In this document: in pieces, positions 26,671-37,536 of the stretch
Position numbering within the stretch: position 1 is the first letter of the stretch
How the letters are laid out: the number at the start of each line of letters is the position of its first letter
From: Solirubrobacterales bacterium
GTDB taxonomy: Bacteria; Actinomycetota; Thermoleophilia; Solirubrobacterales; 70-9
Direction of reading: 5' to 3'
DNA: 64,000 nucleotides
NCBI GenBank assembly: GCA_035703365.1
Contig: DASSYI010000007.1
Location: forward strand, 1,696-65,695
The notes under the pieces: model-generated
Databases searched by the model: none
Told to the model about the DNA's origin: nothing
What the model saw: only the letters and a program-made list of their open reading frames with translations
Position numbers and translations under genes: made by a program

Positions 26671-26740
26671 CTCCCCAGTTCTTGGATAAAGATTCCTGGT
26701 TTAAGCCGTTCCGGGAGAGGGGCAGGTATATCTTGGCCCC

Positions 26741-27022
26741 GTGAGCTCTGATTGTTCCCATCTCGATTCGGTCAATTACCTCGACCTTCCCGGTGAGATC
26801 GCCGGCTGCGAGGAGTGCCTGGCGATGGGCATGACCTGGGTGCATCTGCGGATGTGCCAGACCTGCGGCCACATCGGCTGCTGCGACAACTCGATCGGCA
26901 AGCACGCCACCGCTCACCACCAGGACACCGGGCACCCGATCATCCGCTCGGCCGAGCCCGGCGAAGACTGGAGCTGGTGCTACGTGGACGAGCTGATGAT
27001 GCGACTCGAGCAAAATAAATAG
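26741..27022 (+). CDS. UBP-type zinc-finger protein
   Basis: 93-aa Cys/His-rich ORF: CEECLAMG..WVHLRMCQTCGHIGCCDNSIGKHATAHHQDTGHPI. Confidence 0.7.
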   Translation: MSSDCSHLDSVNYLDLPGEIAGCEECLAMGMTWVHLRMCQTCGHIGCCDNSIGKHATAHHQDTGHPIIRSAEPGEDWSWCYVDELMMRLEQNK

Positions 27023-27027
27023 CATTT

Positions 27028-27046
27028 GGATATCTTCTAGATATCC
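27028..27046. promoter_or_regulatory. Palindromic candidate VapB operator
   Basis: GGATATC-ttcta-GATATCC lies 19 nt upstream of the vapB ATG in an AT-rich gap. Confidence 0.35.
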
Positions 27047-27064
27047 TCCTGCTAAGGTGCTGGC

Positions 27065-27328
27065 ATGGCGAAGGCGACGAAGGTCCTCGTAACGATGCCC
27101 GACGATCTGCTTGAACGGATTGACCGGGAAACCAACATCTTGGGTCAGACTCGCAGCGAGTTCCTTCAAGAGGCCGTGCGGCGACGACTTGGCTCGCCTG
27201 ATCCCTTGGAGGTGGAGGCGGCATTGCTGCGAGGTCGTGCTGCCTTGAATGGGCTGGGCAGCTTCGAGTCGGCCGAGTTGATCCGTTCGGAGCGAGAGGA
27301 GCGCGATGCCCGCGATCGACGTCGTTAG
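27065..27328 (+). CDS. vapB: Ribbon-helix-helix (CopG-like) antitoxin
   Basis: 87-aa ORF with VLVTMPDDLLERIDRETNILGQTRSEFLQEAVRRRL (RHH pattern). It overlaps the PIN gene. Confidence 0.75.
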   Translation: MAKATKVLVTMPDDLLERIDRETNILGQTRSEFLQEAVRRRLGSPDPLEVEAALLRGRAALNGLGSFESAELIRSEREERDARDRRR

Positions 27329-27752
27329 CGATGCGAACGTCGTACTGAAGTGGTTTCACTCCAAGGGGGAGGAGGAAGTCGAGCCCGCGCGCGCTCTTCT
27401 CGACGCCCACAAGGAACGAACCGTCGTTCTCTCGGTCCTCGACCTGACGAAGTACGAGGTCGGGAATGCACTGATGCGGGGTAGGTCAGGCGCTAGCGCC
27501 GATCAGACTGCGATCGTGATCGAAGCCCTGCTTGAGATCTGCCCTTTTATCCGCCCGAGCCCCGAAGAGATGAAAGCCGCCACTCAACTGGCCGAATGCC
27601 ACAAACTGACTCTCTATGACGCTGTCTATGCGGCCGTCGCACAAGGTCGCTCGGCCGAGCTCGTGACCTTGGATCGCGCCCTCCTCGAGGCCAAGCTTGG
27701 AGTGAGGCCCAGCGAACTGGTCGCCGCCATGGCAAGTGCCGGGGGGAAGTAG
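27306..27752 (+). CDS. vapC: PIN-domain toxin
   Basis: 148-aa ORF with an N-terminal VVSDANVVLKWF (first acidic residue), a later YDAVYAAVA, and pairing with an RHH gene. Confidence 0.75.
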   Translation: MPAIDVVSDANVVLKWFHSKGEEEVEPARALLDAHKERTVVLSVLDLTKYEVGNALMRGRSGASADQTAIVIEALLEICPFIRPSPEEMKAATQLAECHKLTLYDAVYAAVAQGRSAELVTLDRALLEAKLGVRPSELVAAMASAGGK

Positions 27753-27761
27753 CGCTGACGC

Positions 27762-29663
27762 TCAGGCCTCGGGCGTGACGATCGCGAAGCTGGGGTCCGG
27801 CTCGTCGAGCAGCCCCAGTAGCTCGCCGATCTTCTCGCCGTCCCCCTCGACCCGCAGCCGGCCGCTCCCGGCGAGGTCCGCCAGGTCCGCCGTACCGCCG
27901 AGCAATTCGTTCAGCGCCCGGCGCTCGACCACGAGCGCCGCTTCGGTTTCGGCGCCGTCCCGCCAGGGCCGGTGGTTGAGGACGCCGTTTTCGACCCGCA
28001 GCAGGCGGCGCTCGTCGGGGTCGGTGACCCGCCACTCGATCGCCAGGCGTTTGCCCCAGGCACGGGGGCCGTTGAGACGCACCTTCATCCCGTCGAGGAT
28101 CTGGGCCACCGAGAGCTGGGCCAGGATCGCCGGGGCGCGGGTGTCGGAGGGGGTGCCGGTGACGCCGCTCCGCAGCTCCTCGGCGCCGACCAGGTAGAAG
28201 TTCCGCCAGGTCGCGTTCTCGGCCCCGTAGCCGAGCTGCTCGAGCGCGTCGGCCTGCAGCTGCCGCGCCGCCTCGTTGCCGGGCTCGGCGAAGACGACGT
28301 GGTTGACGACCTCGGCGACCCAGCGGTAGTCGCCCGCCCCGAAGGCGGCGCGTGCCTGCTCGAGCACCCGCTCAGCGCCGCCCATCGCGGCGACGTACCG
28401 CTCCGCCCGCTCGACCGGCGGGTGCTCCCAGAGGTGGGCCGGGTTGCCGTCGAACCAGCCCATGTAGCGCTGGTAGACGGCGCGCGCGTTGTGGCTGACC
28501 GAGCCGTAATAGCCGCGGCAGTGCCACTCGGAGGCGAGCTCCGGCGGCAGCTCCAGCTCCTCGGCGATCTCCGGCCCGGTGCGGCCGGCGTTGATCAGCC
28601 GCAGGGTCTGGTCGTGCAGGTAGCCGTAGAGGTCGCGCTGCTTGCGCAGGTACTCGACGATCCGCTCTTGCCCCCAGCGCGGCCAGTGGTGGCCGGCGAA
28701 GAGGACGTCGCTCTCGGCGCCGAACAGCTCGATCGCCTCGTCGAGGTAGGCGGCCCAGATATGCGGGTCGCGGACCAGGGCCCCGCGCAGGGTGAGGACG
28801 TTGTGCATCGTGTGGGTCGCGTTCTCGGCGATGCACAGGACCCGGTGCTCGGGGAAGTGGAAGTTCATCTCCGCCGGGGCCTCGGTCCCGGGCGTCAGCT
28901 GGAAGACCATCCGCACGCCGTCGACCGTCTCTTCCTGGCCGGTCTCGGTCACCTCGAGGTTCGGCGGGATCAGCGTCAGGGTCCCCAGCGAGGTCGTCTG
29001 GCCGAGGCCGGAGCCGATCCCGCCGTCGGGGCCGCGCTCCAGCCGCGCCCCGTACATGTAGCCGGCGCGGCGCCCCATCGCGGTGCCGGCGTAGACGTTC
29101 TCGCTGACCGCGTGGTGGAGGAAGCCTTCCGGGGCGAGGACCGGGATCCCGCGCTCGGCGACCTCCTCGGGGCTGACGATCCCGGCGGCGCCGCCGAAGT
29201 GGTCGATGTGGCAGTGGGTGTAGAGGAGGCCGGTGACCGGGCGATCGCCGCGATGCTCGCGGTAGAGCGCCAGCGCGGCGGCCGCGGTCTCGGCCGAGAT
29301 CAGCGGGTCGATGACGACGATCCCGTCGGTGCCCTCGACGACGTGCATGTTCGAGAGGTCGAAGCCGCGCAGCTGGTAGAAGCCCGGCGCGATCTCGAAG
29401 AGGCCGGCGTTGCGGTTCAGACGGCTCTGCCGCCAGAGGCTGGGGTGGGCCGTCTCCGGACAGTCCCCGTCGAGGAAGCCATAGGAGTCGAGGTCCCAGA
29501 CGACCTTGCCGCCGTCGCCCTCGATCCGGGCCGGCTCGAAGCGGGCGACGAGGCCGCGCTCGGCCTCGGCCAGGTCCTCACCGCCGTCGGGGGGCAGCGC
29601 CGCCGCGGCCTCGCGGTTGCGGCGTGCGGTGATCTCCGAGGCGGGCTTGCGGGCGGCGCTCAC
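27762..29663 (-). CDS. Alkyl/aryl-sulfatase (MBL-fold, SdsA1/BDS1-like)
   Basis: 633-aa ORF with the metallo-beta-lactamase motif THCHIDHFGG and a long C-terminal dimerisation/SCP2-like region. Confidence 0.8.
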   Translation of the reverse strand: MSAARKPASEITARRNREAAAALPPDGGEDLAEAERGLVARFEPARIEGDGGKVVWDLDSYGFLDGDCPETAHPSLWRQSRLNRNAGLFEIAPGFYQLRGFDLSNMHVVEGTDGIVVIDPLISAETAAAALALYREHRGDRPVTGLLYTHCHIDHFGGAAGIVSPEEVAERGIPVLAPEGFLHHAVSENVYAGTAMGRRAGYMYGARLERGPDGGIGSGLGQTTSLGTLTLIPPNLEVTETGQEETVDGVRMVFQLTPGTEAPAEMNFHFPEHRVLCIAENATHTMHNVLTLRGALVRDPHIWAAYLDEAIELFGAESDVLFAGHHWPRWGQERIVEYLRKQRDLYGYLHDQTLRLINAGRTGPEIAEELELPPELASEWHCRGYYGSVSHNARAVYQRYMGWFDGNPAHLWEHPPVERAERYVAAMGGAERVLEQARAAFGAGDYRWVAEVVNHVVFAEPGNEAARQLQADALEQLGYGAENATWRNFYLVGAEELRSGVTGTPSDTRAPAILAQLSVAQILDGMKVRLNGPRAWGKRLAIEWRVTDPDERRLLRVENGVLNHRPWRDGAETEAALVVERRALNELLGGTADLADLAGSGRLRVEGDGEKIGELLGLLDEPDPSFAIVTPEA

Positions 29664-30853
29664 GCGGCCTCCGCCTCGGTCCGCAGGCGCGGCGCGGCGA
29701 CGTAGGCCTCGCCGTGCTCGGCGCGCAGCCGGTCGAGCGTCTCGACCGCGCAGCGCGGGCCGATCAGCTCGGTAATCGCCAGCGGCCCGAGCGGCCAGTT
29801 GAAGCCGAGCTTCATCGCCGTCTCCATGTCCGCGCCGGAGGCGATCTCCTCTTCGCGGGCGAAGGCCGCCTCGTTGGCGATCTGGGCGAAGAGCCGGGTG
29901 AGGATCTCCTCGGCGGCCGGGTCGATCTTCGCCAGCTCGGAGGGGTCGAGGGTCGGCGCTGCGATCCCGAGATCGGGGTCGGGATCGCGCTGGTGCCCCT
30001 CGCCGTACTCGTAGTAGCCGTGGCCGCTCTTGCGCCCGAACCGGCCTTCGGCGACGAGCTGCTCCTGGATCGGGCTCGGGCGCCAGCGCTCAGGCTCGCC
30101 GCCCTGGGCGAAGAAGGAGCGGGCGATCTCGAGGTTGACGTCGAGGCCGATCAGGTCGAGCAGCTCGAAGGGCCCCATCCGAAAGCCGCCGCCGACGCGG
30201 ACGGCGCGGTCGATCGTCGCCGCGTCGGCGATACCGTCGCCGAGGATCCGCAGCGACTCCAGCGAGAAGGGGCGGGCCAGCCGGTTGGCGACGAACCCGG
30301 GGCTGTCCTTGGCTCGGATCGGGGTCCGGCCCATCCGCTCCGCGACCTCGGTCGCGGTTGCCAGCGCGTCCTCGGAGGAGTGCTCGGCGGCGACGACCTC
30401 GACCAACTTCATCAGCGCCGGCGGGTTGAAGAAGTGCATGCCGACCACCCGCTCGGGGCCGGGCACCCCGGCGGCGATCTCGGCCACCCGCAGCGAGGAG
30501 GTGTTGCTGGCGAAGACCGGCTCCGGGCCCACCGCGGCGGCCAGCGAGGTGAAGATCTCGCGCTTCAGCTCCAGCTTCTCCGGCGCCGCCTCGATCACCA
30601 GCTCGCAGCCGCGCAGCCCCTCCAGCTCGGACGCGGTCTCGACCCGCGCCGCGGCGGCCTTGGCGTCGTCGACGCTCCAGCGTCCCCGCTCGGCGCCCTT
30701 GTCGAGCGCGGCCCGCAGCCCTTCGGCGCCGGCCTCGACCAGGGCGGGCGCCACGTCGTAGAGAACCGTCTCGTAGCCGCCGAGCGCCGCCAGCTGGGCG
30801 ATGCCGCGGCCCATCGTCCCGGCGCCGAGGACGCCGACGCGGGAGGCGCTCAC
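29660..30853 (-). CDS. 3-hydroxyacyl-CoA dehydrogenase
   Basis: NAD motif VGVLGAGTMGRGIAQ in a 397-aa ORF with a duplicated C-terminal domain. It has 4-nt overlaps on both sides. Confidence 0.88.
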   Translation of the reverse strand: MSASRVGVLGAGTMGRGIAQLAALGGYETVLYDVAPALVEAGAEGLRAALDKGAERGRWSVDDAKAAAARVETASELEGLRGCELVIEAAPEKLELKREIFTSLAAAVGPEPVFASNTSSLRVAEIAAGVPGPERVVGMHFFNPPALMKLVEVVAAEHSSEDALATATEVAERMGRTPIRAKDSPGFVANRLARPFSLESLRILGDGIADAATIDRAVRVGGGFRMGPFELLDLIGLDVNLEIARSFFAQGGEPERWRPSPIQEQLVAEGRFGRKSGHGYYEYGEGHQRDPDPDLGIAAPTLDPSELAKIDPAAEEILTRLFAQIANEAAFAREEEIASGADMETAMKLGFNWPLGPLAITELIGPRCAVETLDRLRAEHGEAYVAAPRLRTEAEAA

Positions 30854-31620
30854 TTGCCCTGGAAGCGGGGCTCGCGTTTCTCGAGGAAGGCGGTCATCCC
30901 CTCGACCCGGTCCTCGCTCGCCATCGCCTCGTCGAACAGCGCCCGCTCCTCGCGCAGGCCCTCGCCGAGAGTCGTCTCCTGGGCGGCGAGCACCGCCCGT
31001 TTCGCCAGCCGCGCCGCCAGCGGCGGCCGCTCGGCGACCAGCCGCGCCAGCTCGATCGCCTCGGTCAGCCAGGTGCCTTTGCCGACGACCTTGTTGACCA
31101 GGCCCCAGCGCTCGGCCGTCTTCGCGTCCCAGCGCCGGCCGGTGAGGACGTACTCCATCGCCCGCTGCTTGCCGATCGCCCGCGCCAGCCGCTGGGTGCC
31201 GCCGCCGCCGGGGATGATCCCGAGGGTGATCTCGGGCTGCCCGAAGCGGGTCTTCTCGTCGCAGACGATCATGTCGCAGGCCAGCGCCAGCTCGCAGCCG
31301 CCGCCGAAGGCGTAGCCGGACACGGCGGCAATGGTCGGCGTCCCGATCGCGGTCAGGCGGGCCCAGAACTCCATGCCTTTGGGGTCCGGCGGGGTGTTCA
31401 GCGGGCGCTCGGCCATCGCCCGGATGTCGGCGCCGGCGGCGAAGTACTCCTCGGCGCCGGCGATCACGATGCAGCGCACGCTCGGGTCGCCGTCGAGGTG
31501 CTCGAGGCTGGTCGCGAGCTCCTCGCGCATCTCGGCCGAGAGGGCGTTCCGGGCCTCGGGCCGGTTCAGCCGCACGAGGGCGACGTGGAAGTCGTCGATC
31601 GCGACCTCGACCAGGGCCAA
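30850..31620 (-). CDS. Enoyl-CoA hydratase (crotonase family)
   Basis: Contains SGYAFGGGCELALACDMIV and RLNRPEARNAL. The track ORF (to 32916) is an artefactual read-through. The proposed TTG start at 31620, 2 nt after the acyl-CoA dehydrogenase stop, is uncertain. Confidence 0.82.
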   Translation of the reverse strand: MALVEVAIDDFHVALVRLNRPEARNALSAEMREELATSLEHLDGDPSVRCIVIAGAEEYFAAGADIRAMAERPLNTPPDPKGMEFWARLTAIGTPTIAAVSGYAFGGGCELALACDMIVCDEKTRFGQPEITLGIIPGGGGTQRLARAIGKQRAMEYVLTGRRWDAKTAERWGLVNKVVGKGTWLTEAIELARLVAERPPLAARLAKRAVLAAQETTLGEGLREERALFDEAMASEDRVEGMTAFLEKREPRFQGK

Positions 31621-31622
31621 GG

Positions 31623-32792
31623 TCAGGACTCCTCGAAGGGGAGCATCGCGTTGATGCCGGTGGCCTGGCGGCCGATGATCAGCTTCTGGATCTGCGAGGT
31701 CCCCTCGTAGAGGGTGGTGACGCGGGCGTCGCGCAGGTAGCGCTCGACCGGGTAGTCGTCGACGTAGCCGGAGCCGCCGTGGACCTGGATCGCCAGGTTG
31801 GCGCACTCGACCGCAGACTCGGTCGCGAACAGCTTCGCCACCGAGGTCTCGGTCAGGTTCGGTTTGCCTTCGTCCTTCAGCAGACCGGCGCGGAGGACCA
31901 GCATCCGGCTGGCATCGCGCTTCAAGATCATGTCGGCGATCATCTCCTGGACCAGCTGGAAGCGGGCGAGGGGGACGCCGAACTGCTTGCGCTCCTTCGC
32001 GTACTCCACCGAAGACTGGACGCAGCCTTCGCAGATCCCGACGCAGCCGGCGGCGACGCTGTAGCGGCCGTTTTCGAGCGCGCTCATCGCCACCTTGAAG
32101 CCGTCGCCGACCTCGCCGAGCATCGCGTCGTCGCCGACCTCGACCTCGTCGAGCGAGATTTCGGCGGTGTCGGAGGAGCGCAGCCCGAGCTTGCCGTGGA
32201 TCTCCTGGGTCGTGAACCCGTCGCTGTCGGTCGGGACCAGGAAGCAGGCGAGGCCGCGGTGCTTCTTCTCCGGATCGGTCTGGGCGAAGATCAGCGCCAC
32301 CTCGGAGTAGTTGCCGAGGCTGATCCACATCTTCTGGCCGCTGATCGACCAGCCGCCGTCGGTCTTGGTCGCGCGGGTGCGGAGGTTGGCGGCGTCGGAG
32401 CCGGTATCGGGCTCGGTCAGCCCGAAGCAGCCGAGCCCCTCGCCCGAGCAGAGCCGCGGCAGCCACCGCTGCTTCTGCTCCTCGGTGCCCCACTTCTCGA
32501 TCGGGCCGGCGACCAACGAGGTGACAACCGAGATCACGGTGCGGGCGGAGGAGTCGGCGCGGCCGATCTCCTCGGCGATCAGCCCGTAGCTGACGTAGTC
32601 GAGCCCGCGGCCGCCGTGCTCTTCGGCGACCGGCGCGCCCAGGAAGCCGATCTCGCCCAGCTTGCGGGCCAGCTCGCGGTCGAAGCGGCCCTCGCGGTCG
32701 TTCTCCTTGATCTTCGGCAGGATCTCGCGCTCGGCGAACTCGCGCGCCGTCTCGCGGATCAGCTTCTGCTCGTCGCTGTAGGTGAAGTCCAT
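31623..32792 (-). CDS. Acyl-CoA dehydrogenase
   Basis: 389-aa ORF with C-terminal YEGTSQIQKLIIGR and the typical ACAD domain order. Confidence 0.9.
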   Translation of the reverse strand: MDFTYSDEQKLIRETAREFAEREILPKIKENDREGRFDRELARKLGEIGFLGAPVAEEHGGRGLDYVSYGLIAEEIGRADSSARTVISVVTSLVAGPIEKWGTEEQKQRWLPRLCSGEGLGCFGLTEPDTGSDAANLRTRATKTDGGWSISGQKMWISLGNYSEVALIFAQTDPEKKHRGLACFLVPTDSDGFTTQEIHGKLGLRSSDTAEISLDEVEVGDDAMLGEVGDGFKVAMSALENGRYSVAAGCVGICEGCVQSSVEYAKERKQFGVPLARFQLVQEMIADMILKRDASRMLVLRAGLLKDEGKPNLTETSVAKLFATESAVECANLAIQVHGGSGYVDDYPVERYLRDARVTTLYEGTSQIQKLIIGRQATGINAMLPFEES

Positions 32793-32794
32793 CT

Positions 32795-33595
32795 CTACAG
32801 CTCCCGCAGCTCGCGGCCGAGGGTCTCGGCGAAGGCGGCCTGGGCCTCCTGCGTGCGCGGTCCCGGCGCCACCGGGAAGACCCGGCCATCGACCGAGGAG
32901 ACGGGCTGGATTTCACGCGTGGTCGAGGCGAGGAAGGCCTCGCTCGCCGCCCGCAGGTCGTCGAGGTGCCAGCTGCCCTCTTCGACGTGCAGGGCCTTGA
33001 TCATCCGATCGCGGGTGATCGACTCCAGCACGCCGTCGGTCAGCGCCGGGGTCCGCAGCTCGCCTTCGGCGGAGACCCAGAAGACCGAGGAGGTGGGTGG
33101 CTCCAGGACAGTCCCGTCGGGGCGGACGAGGACCGCCTCGTCGGCGCCCTTGCCTTTGGCAATCCGGGTGGCCTGCATGTTCGCCGCGTAGCTGAGCGAC
33201 TTGACGCCGTTGAGGATCACCGAAGGGCAGTAGGTGACGGAGACGAGCGCGACCGTCTCGGGGTGGGGCGGGATCGGCTCGGTGGCGGCAATCCGGCGGC
33301 CGCCGCGGGTGACGATCAGCCGCATCTGGCCTTCGACCGGGCCGGCCTGCGCGAGCAGGGCATCGATCTCGCCCTCCAGCGCAGCGCGGTCGAAGCTCAG
33401 TTCGATCGCCCCAGCCGAGCGCTCCAGCCGGTCGAGGTGGTCGACCAGCGCGAAGGGCTTGCCCTCATAGAGACGGATCACCTCGAAGGCGCCGTCGCCC
33501 CGGTAGATCCCGTCGTCCTTGAGGCCGATCATCGCCTCGCCCGTCGGCCCGATCGTTCCGTCGACGCTGGCCAGCTCTTCGAAGCTTGCGCTCAC
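32795..33595 (-). CDS. Class IV (fold type IV) aminotransferase
   Basis: 266-aa ORF. EAFLASTTREIQPV and the overall length match the BCAT/D-AAT/ADC-lyase family. Confidence 0.78.
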   Translation of the reverse strand: MSASFEELASVDGTIGPTGEAMIGLKDDGIYRGDGAFEVIRLYEGKPFALVDHLDRLERSAGAIELSFDRAALEGEIDALLAQAGPVEGQMRLIVTRGGRRIAATEPIPPHPETVALVSVTYCPSVILNGVKSLSYAANMQATRIAKGKGADEAVLVRPDGTVLEPPTSSVFWVSAEGELRTPALTDGVLESITRDRMIKALHVEEGSWHLDDLRAASEAFLASTTREIQPVSSVDGRVFPVAPGPRTQEAQAAFAETLGRELREL

Positions 33596-33626
33596 GCGGC
33601 GAGGCTATCTGGTCCGCGCGGCGGGT

Positions 33627-34823
33627 TCAGCCGTGTTTGCTGTGGATGCGGCAGCCAACGCCCTTGAACTCCTTGGCGACGCAGCGCTGCGGAGCCCAGC
33701 GGACCTGGTAGTGGCTGTCCCAGGCGAAGGTCTGCTGCTTGCGGACGTAGAAGGGCGAGATGATCCCGGCGTAGATCGTGCCTTTGGCGATCCAGGCGAT
33801 TTCGCAGCGGAACCGGGTTTTGCTCACCCGTTTGCAGTTGCCGACGAGGCGGCTGGCCGAGCTGAAGCGCTCGCCGAAGGCGTGGAAGAGGGTGAAGACC
33901 GCGAACTCTTCGCCGGTCGACTTCTTCATCTGCGGCAGCGGCGCCCCTGGATCGACGAATGGCGCCGGTCCGCCGCTTTCGGTAGCCGCGATCCATTCGT
34001 TCACCCAAGTGGAGACGTAGTCGACCCGGGTGAGGACGTTTGGGGTCTGCGGGCTGCAGAGCGGGCCGACGACGCTGATCACCGCCAGCTCGACCGGCGT
34101 CCCGTCGGCGCGGGTGGCGACTGCAGGGCCGCCGCTGTCGCCGAAGCAGGTGCCCGACGTCTTCTTCGGCGTCGCCAGCAGGCAGAGCTGGACGGCGCCG
34201 GAGTAGTCCTTGTAGAAGCCTTTGGTCTTGCGCTTGCAGGTGCTGTCCTTCTGCACCGTCATCGTCGTCGTCCGCATGTTCGCGGGCGCCTGGCGGTTCT
34301 GCGCCTGGGTCACTCCCCAGCCGGCGACGGAGACCGTCGCGCCGCCTCCGTAGAGCGCCGCCTCGGCCGGGCCGGCGATCGCCAGCGGCGGCGCGGTGGT
34401 CGGCCGGGAGAGGATCAGCACCGCCGCGTCGCCGTGGACGACGCCGGGGTCGAAGGAGGGGAAGACGTGGGTGGCGACGACCTCGAAGACGTTTTCCGGC
34501 TGGGCCTGCTTCGGGTTGGCGACGCCGGTCGCAACCGCGTATTCGGCCGGCTTGGAGAAGGTCCCGGTCTCGACGTCCTCGACGCAGTGGGCGGCGGTGA
34601 GAACGACCCGCGGCGCGACCACCGTGCCGGTGCAGGCAAAGCCGTTGCGTTCGTTGCCGGCCTCGATGTAGGCGAGATAGGGGAACTGCTCGATGGTCGC
34701 GGGCTGGCCGCCGACGATCGAGGCCTGCGCCCCGCCCGAGGCCGACGCCGCCGCGGGCGCGCACAGCGCCAGCGCGAGGATCGCGCCGCTCAGAACCGCC
34801 AGCAGTCGTCGTTGCCCCTGCAT
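33627..34823 (-). CDS. Secreted trypsin-like (S1) serine protease with extra C-terminal domain
   Basis: Trimmed to ATG at 34823, which gives a signal peptide (LAVLSGAILALALCAPAAASA). It has IVGG, TAAHC and GDSGGP, plus a roughly 130-aa C-terminal extension. Confidence 0.85.
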   Translation of the reverse strand: MQGQRRLLAVLSGAILALALCAPAAASASGGAQASIVGGQPATIEQFPYLAYIEAGNERNGFACTGTVVAPRVVLTAAHCVEDVETGTFSKPAEYAVATGVANPKQAQPENVFEVVATHVFPSFDPGVVHGDAAVLILSRPTTAPPLAIAGPAEAALYGGGATVSVAGWGVTQAQNRQAPANMRTTTMTVQKDSTCKRKTKGFYKDYSGAVQLCLLATPKKTSGTCFGDSGGPAVATRADGTPVELAVISVVGPLCSPQTPNVLTRVDYVSTWVNEWIAATESGGPAPFVDPGAPLPQMKKSTGEEFAVFTLFHAFGERFSSASRLVGNCKRVSKTRFRCEIAWIAKGTIYAGIISPFYVRKQQTFAWDSHYQVRWAPQRCVAKEFKGVGCRIHSKHG

Positions 34824-34851
34824 CTGCACCTCCAACACCCTAATTGAGCGT

Positions 34852-36051
<1,200 letters not shown>

Positions 36052-36075
36052 CGGGGCGAACCGTATCCTTCCCGT

Positions 36076-36369
36076 GTGCTCTTCATCCTCGGAACCCTCG
36101 GGTTGCTGGCCTTCATGGTCGGCGTTTTGCTGATCGTCGGCCACTACTACCCCGGCAGCTCCGCCGGCCTCGTCGACTGGGTCCCGACCCGCTCGCCCGA
36201 GGTCGAGGCGCAGAACGAGATCGACGACGTCCGCCAGATGCTGGAGGCGCAGAACGAGATGCGGCGGCGACGCGGGGCTCCGGAGATGACCGAAGAGGAG
36301 CTGCATAAGAGCGTCGCCGAGGACGAGAAGATGCGGCTGCGCGGGCGCGGCCCCTTCGAGGCGACCTAG
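36076..36369 (+). CDS. Small membrane-anchored protein with charged C-terminal tail
   Basis: GTG start at 36076 (VLFILGTLGLLAFMVGVLLIVG...), 97 aa. It ends immediately before the next gene. Confidence 0.45.
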   Translation: MLFILGTLGLLAFMVGVLLIVGHYYPGSSAGLVDWVPTRSPEVEAQNEIDDVRQMLEAQNEMRRRRGAPEMTEEELHKSVAEDEKMRLRGRGPFEAT

Positions 36370-36807
36370 GTGGCGCGGGCCCTGATCGTCGGCTGCGGCT
36401 GCCGCGGCCGGGAGCTCGGCGCGCAGCTGCTCGCCGAGGGCTGGGCGGTGCGCGGGACCAGCCGCCGGGAGGAGGGGCTAGCGCCGATCGAGGCGGCGGG
36501 CATCGAGGCGGCGCTGGCCGACCCCGACCGCCCGGGGACGATCCTCGACCTGGTCAACGACGTCGCCGTCCTCGTCCTGTTGCTCGGCGGCGCCGAAGGA
36601 AGCGTCGAGGAGCTGGAGGCGATCCACGGCCCGCGCCTGGAGCGGCTGATGGAACACCTGGTCGAAACCCCGGTCAGGGGTGTGGTCTACGAGGGAACCG
36701 CGGGGGGCGATGAGATAGTCAGCGCCGCGAGCCGCACCTGGCGGATCCCGGTCCGGATTGTCGACGGGGGAGACCTTGCCACCCAGGTGGCCGACGTTCT
36801 TAAATAG
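36370..36807 (+). CDS. Short Rossmann-like NAD(P)-binding domain protein
   Basis: 145-aa ORF starting ALIVGCGCRGRELGAQLLAEGWAVRG (a GxGxxG-like beta-alpha-beta). It is much shorter than typical epimerases. Confidence 0.5.
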   Translation: MARALIVGCGCRGRELGAQLLAEGWAVRGTSRREEGLAPIEAAGIEAALADPDRPGTILDLVNDVAVLVLLLGGAEGSVEELEAIHGPRLERLMEHLVETPVRGVVYEGTAGGDEIVSAASRTWRIPVRIVDGGDLATQVADVLK

Positions 36808-36864
36808 CTAAACTCCGATAAGGATTTAGGTAATAGACGAAGAAGCGCGAGAGGAGCACCTTTC

Positions 36865-37536
36865 ATGGCTCTGCAGCTCGGAGACGTAGCACCCGATTTC
36901 GAGGCCGACACGACCCAGGGTCGGATCAAGTTCCACGACTGGCTCGGCGATTCGTGGGGGGTCCTGTTCTCCCACCCGAAGGACTTCACCCCGGTCTGCA
37001 CCACCGAGCTCGGCTACATGGCCAGCATCGAGCCGGAGTTCGAGAAGCGCGGCGTGAAGATCGCCGGCCTCTCGATCGACCCGCTCGATAAACACGAGCT
37101 TTGGGCCGACGACATCGAGGAGACGCAAGGCGCCCGGCCCGGTTACCCGATCATCAGCGACGCCGACTTCTCGATCGCCAAGGCCTACGGGATGCTCGCG
37201 GCCGACGTCTCCGGCGACCCCGGCGACCGCACCCCGGCCGACAACCAGACGGTCCGCAACGTCTTCGTCGTCGGCCCCGACAAGAAAATCAAACTCATCC
37301 TCGTCTACCCGATGACCACCGGGCGCAACTTCGACGAGGTGCTGCGGGTGATCGACTCGCTGCAGCTGACCGCCAACCACAAAGTCGCGACCCCGGCGCA
37401 GTGGCAGCAGGGCGACGACGTGATCATCGCCGGCTCGGTTAAAGAGGACGAGGCGAAAGAGCTCTGGCCTGAGGGCTGGGAGTCGCCGAAGCCGTACATC
37501 CGGATCGTGCCTCAGCCCGAGGAGTCGAAGAGCTAG
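36865..37536 (+). CDS. 1-Cys peroxiredoxin (Prx6-type)
   Basis: GDVAPDFEADTTQG...LFSHPKDFTPVCTTELG in a 223-aa ORF. Confidence 0.92.
   Translation: MALQLGDVAPDFEADTTQGRIKFHDWLGDSWGVLFSHPKDFTPVCTTELGYMASIEPEFEKRGVKIAGLSIDPLDKHELWADDIEETQGARPGYPIISDADFSIAKAYGMLAADVSGDPGDRTPADNQTVRNVFVVGPDKKIKLILVYPMTTGRNFDEVLRVIDSLQLTANHKVATPAQWQQGDDVIIAGSVKEDEAKELWPEGWESPKPYIRIVPQPEESKS

Noticed and set aside
30850-32916. 688-aa ORF that appears to fuse the enoyl-CoA hydratase with upstream sequence.
   Set aside because: Only the last 256 aa or so are crotonase-like. The upstream part is an out-of-frame read-through of the acyl-CoA dehydrogenase gene, which itself has clear ACAD motifs in another frame.
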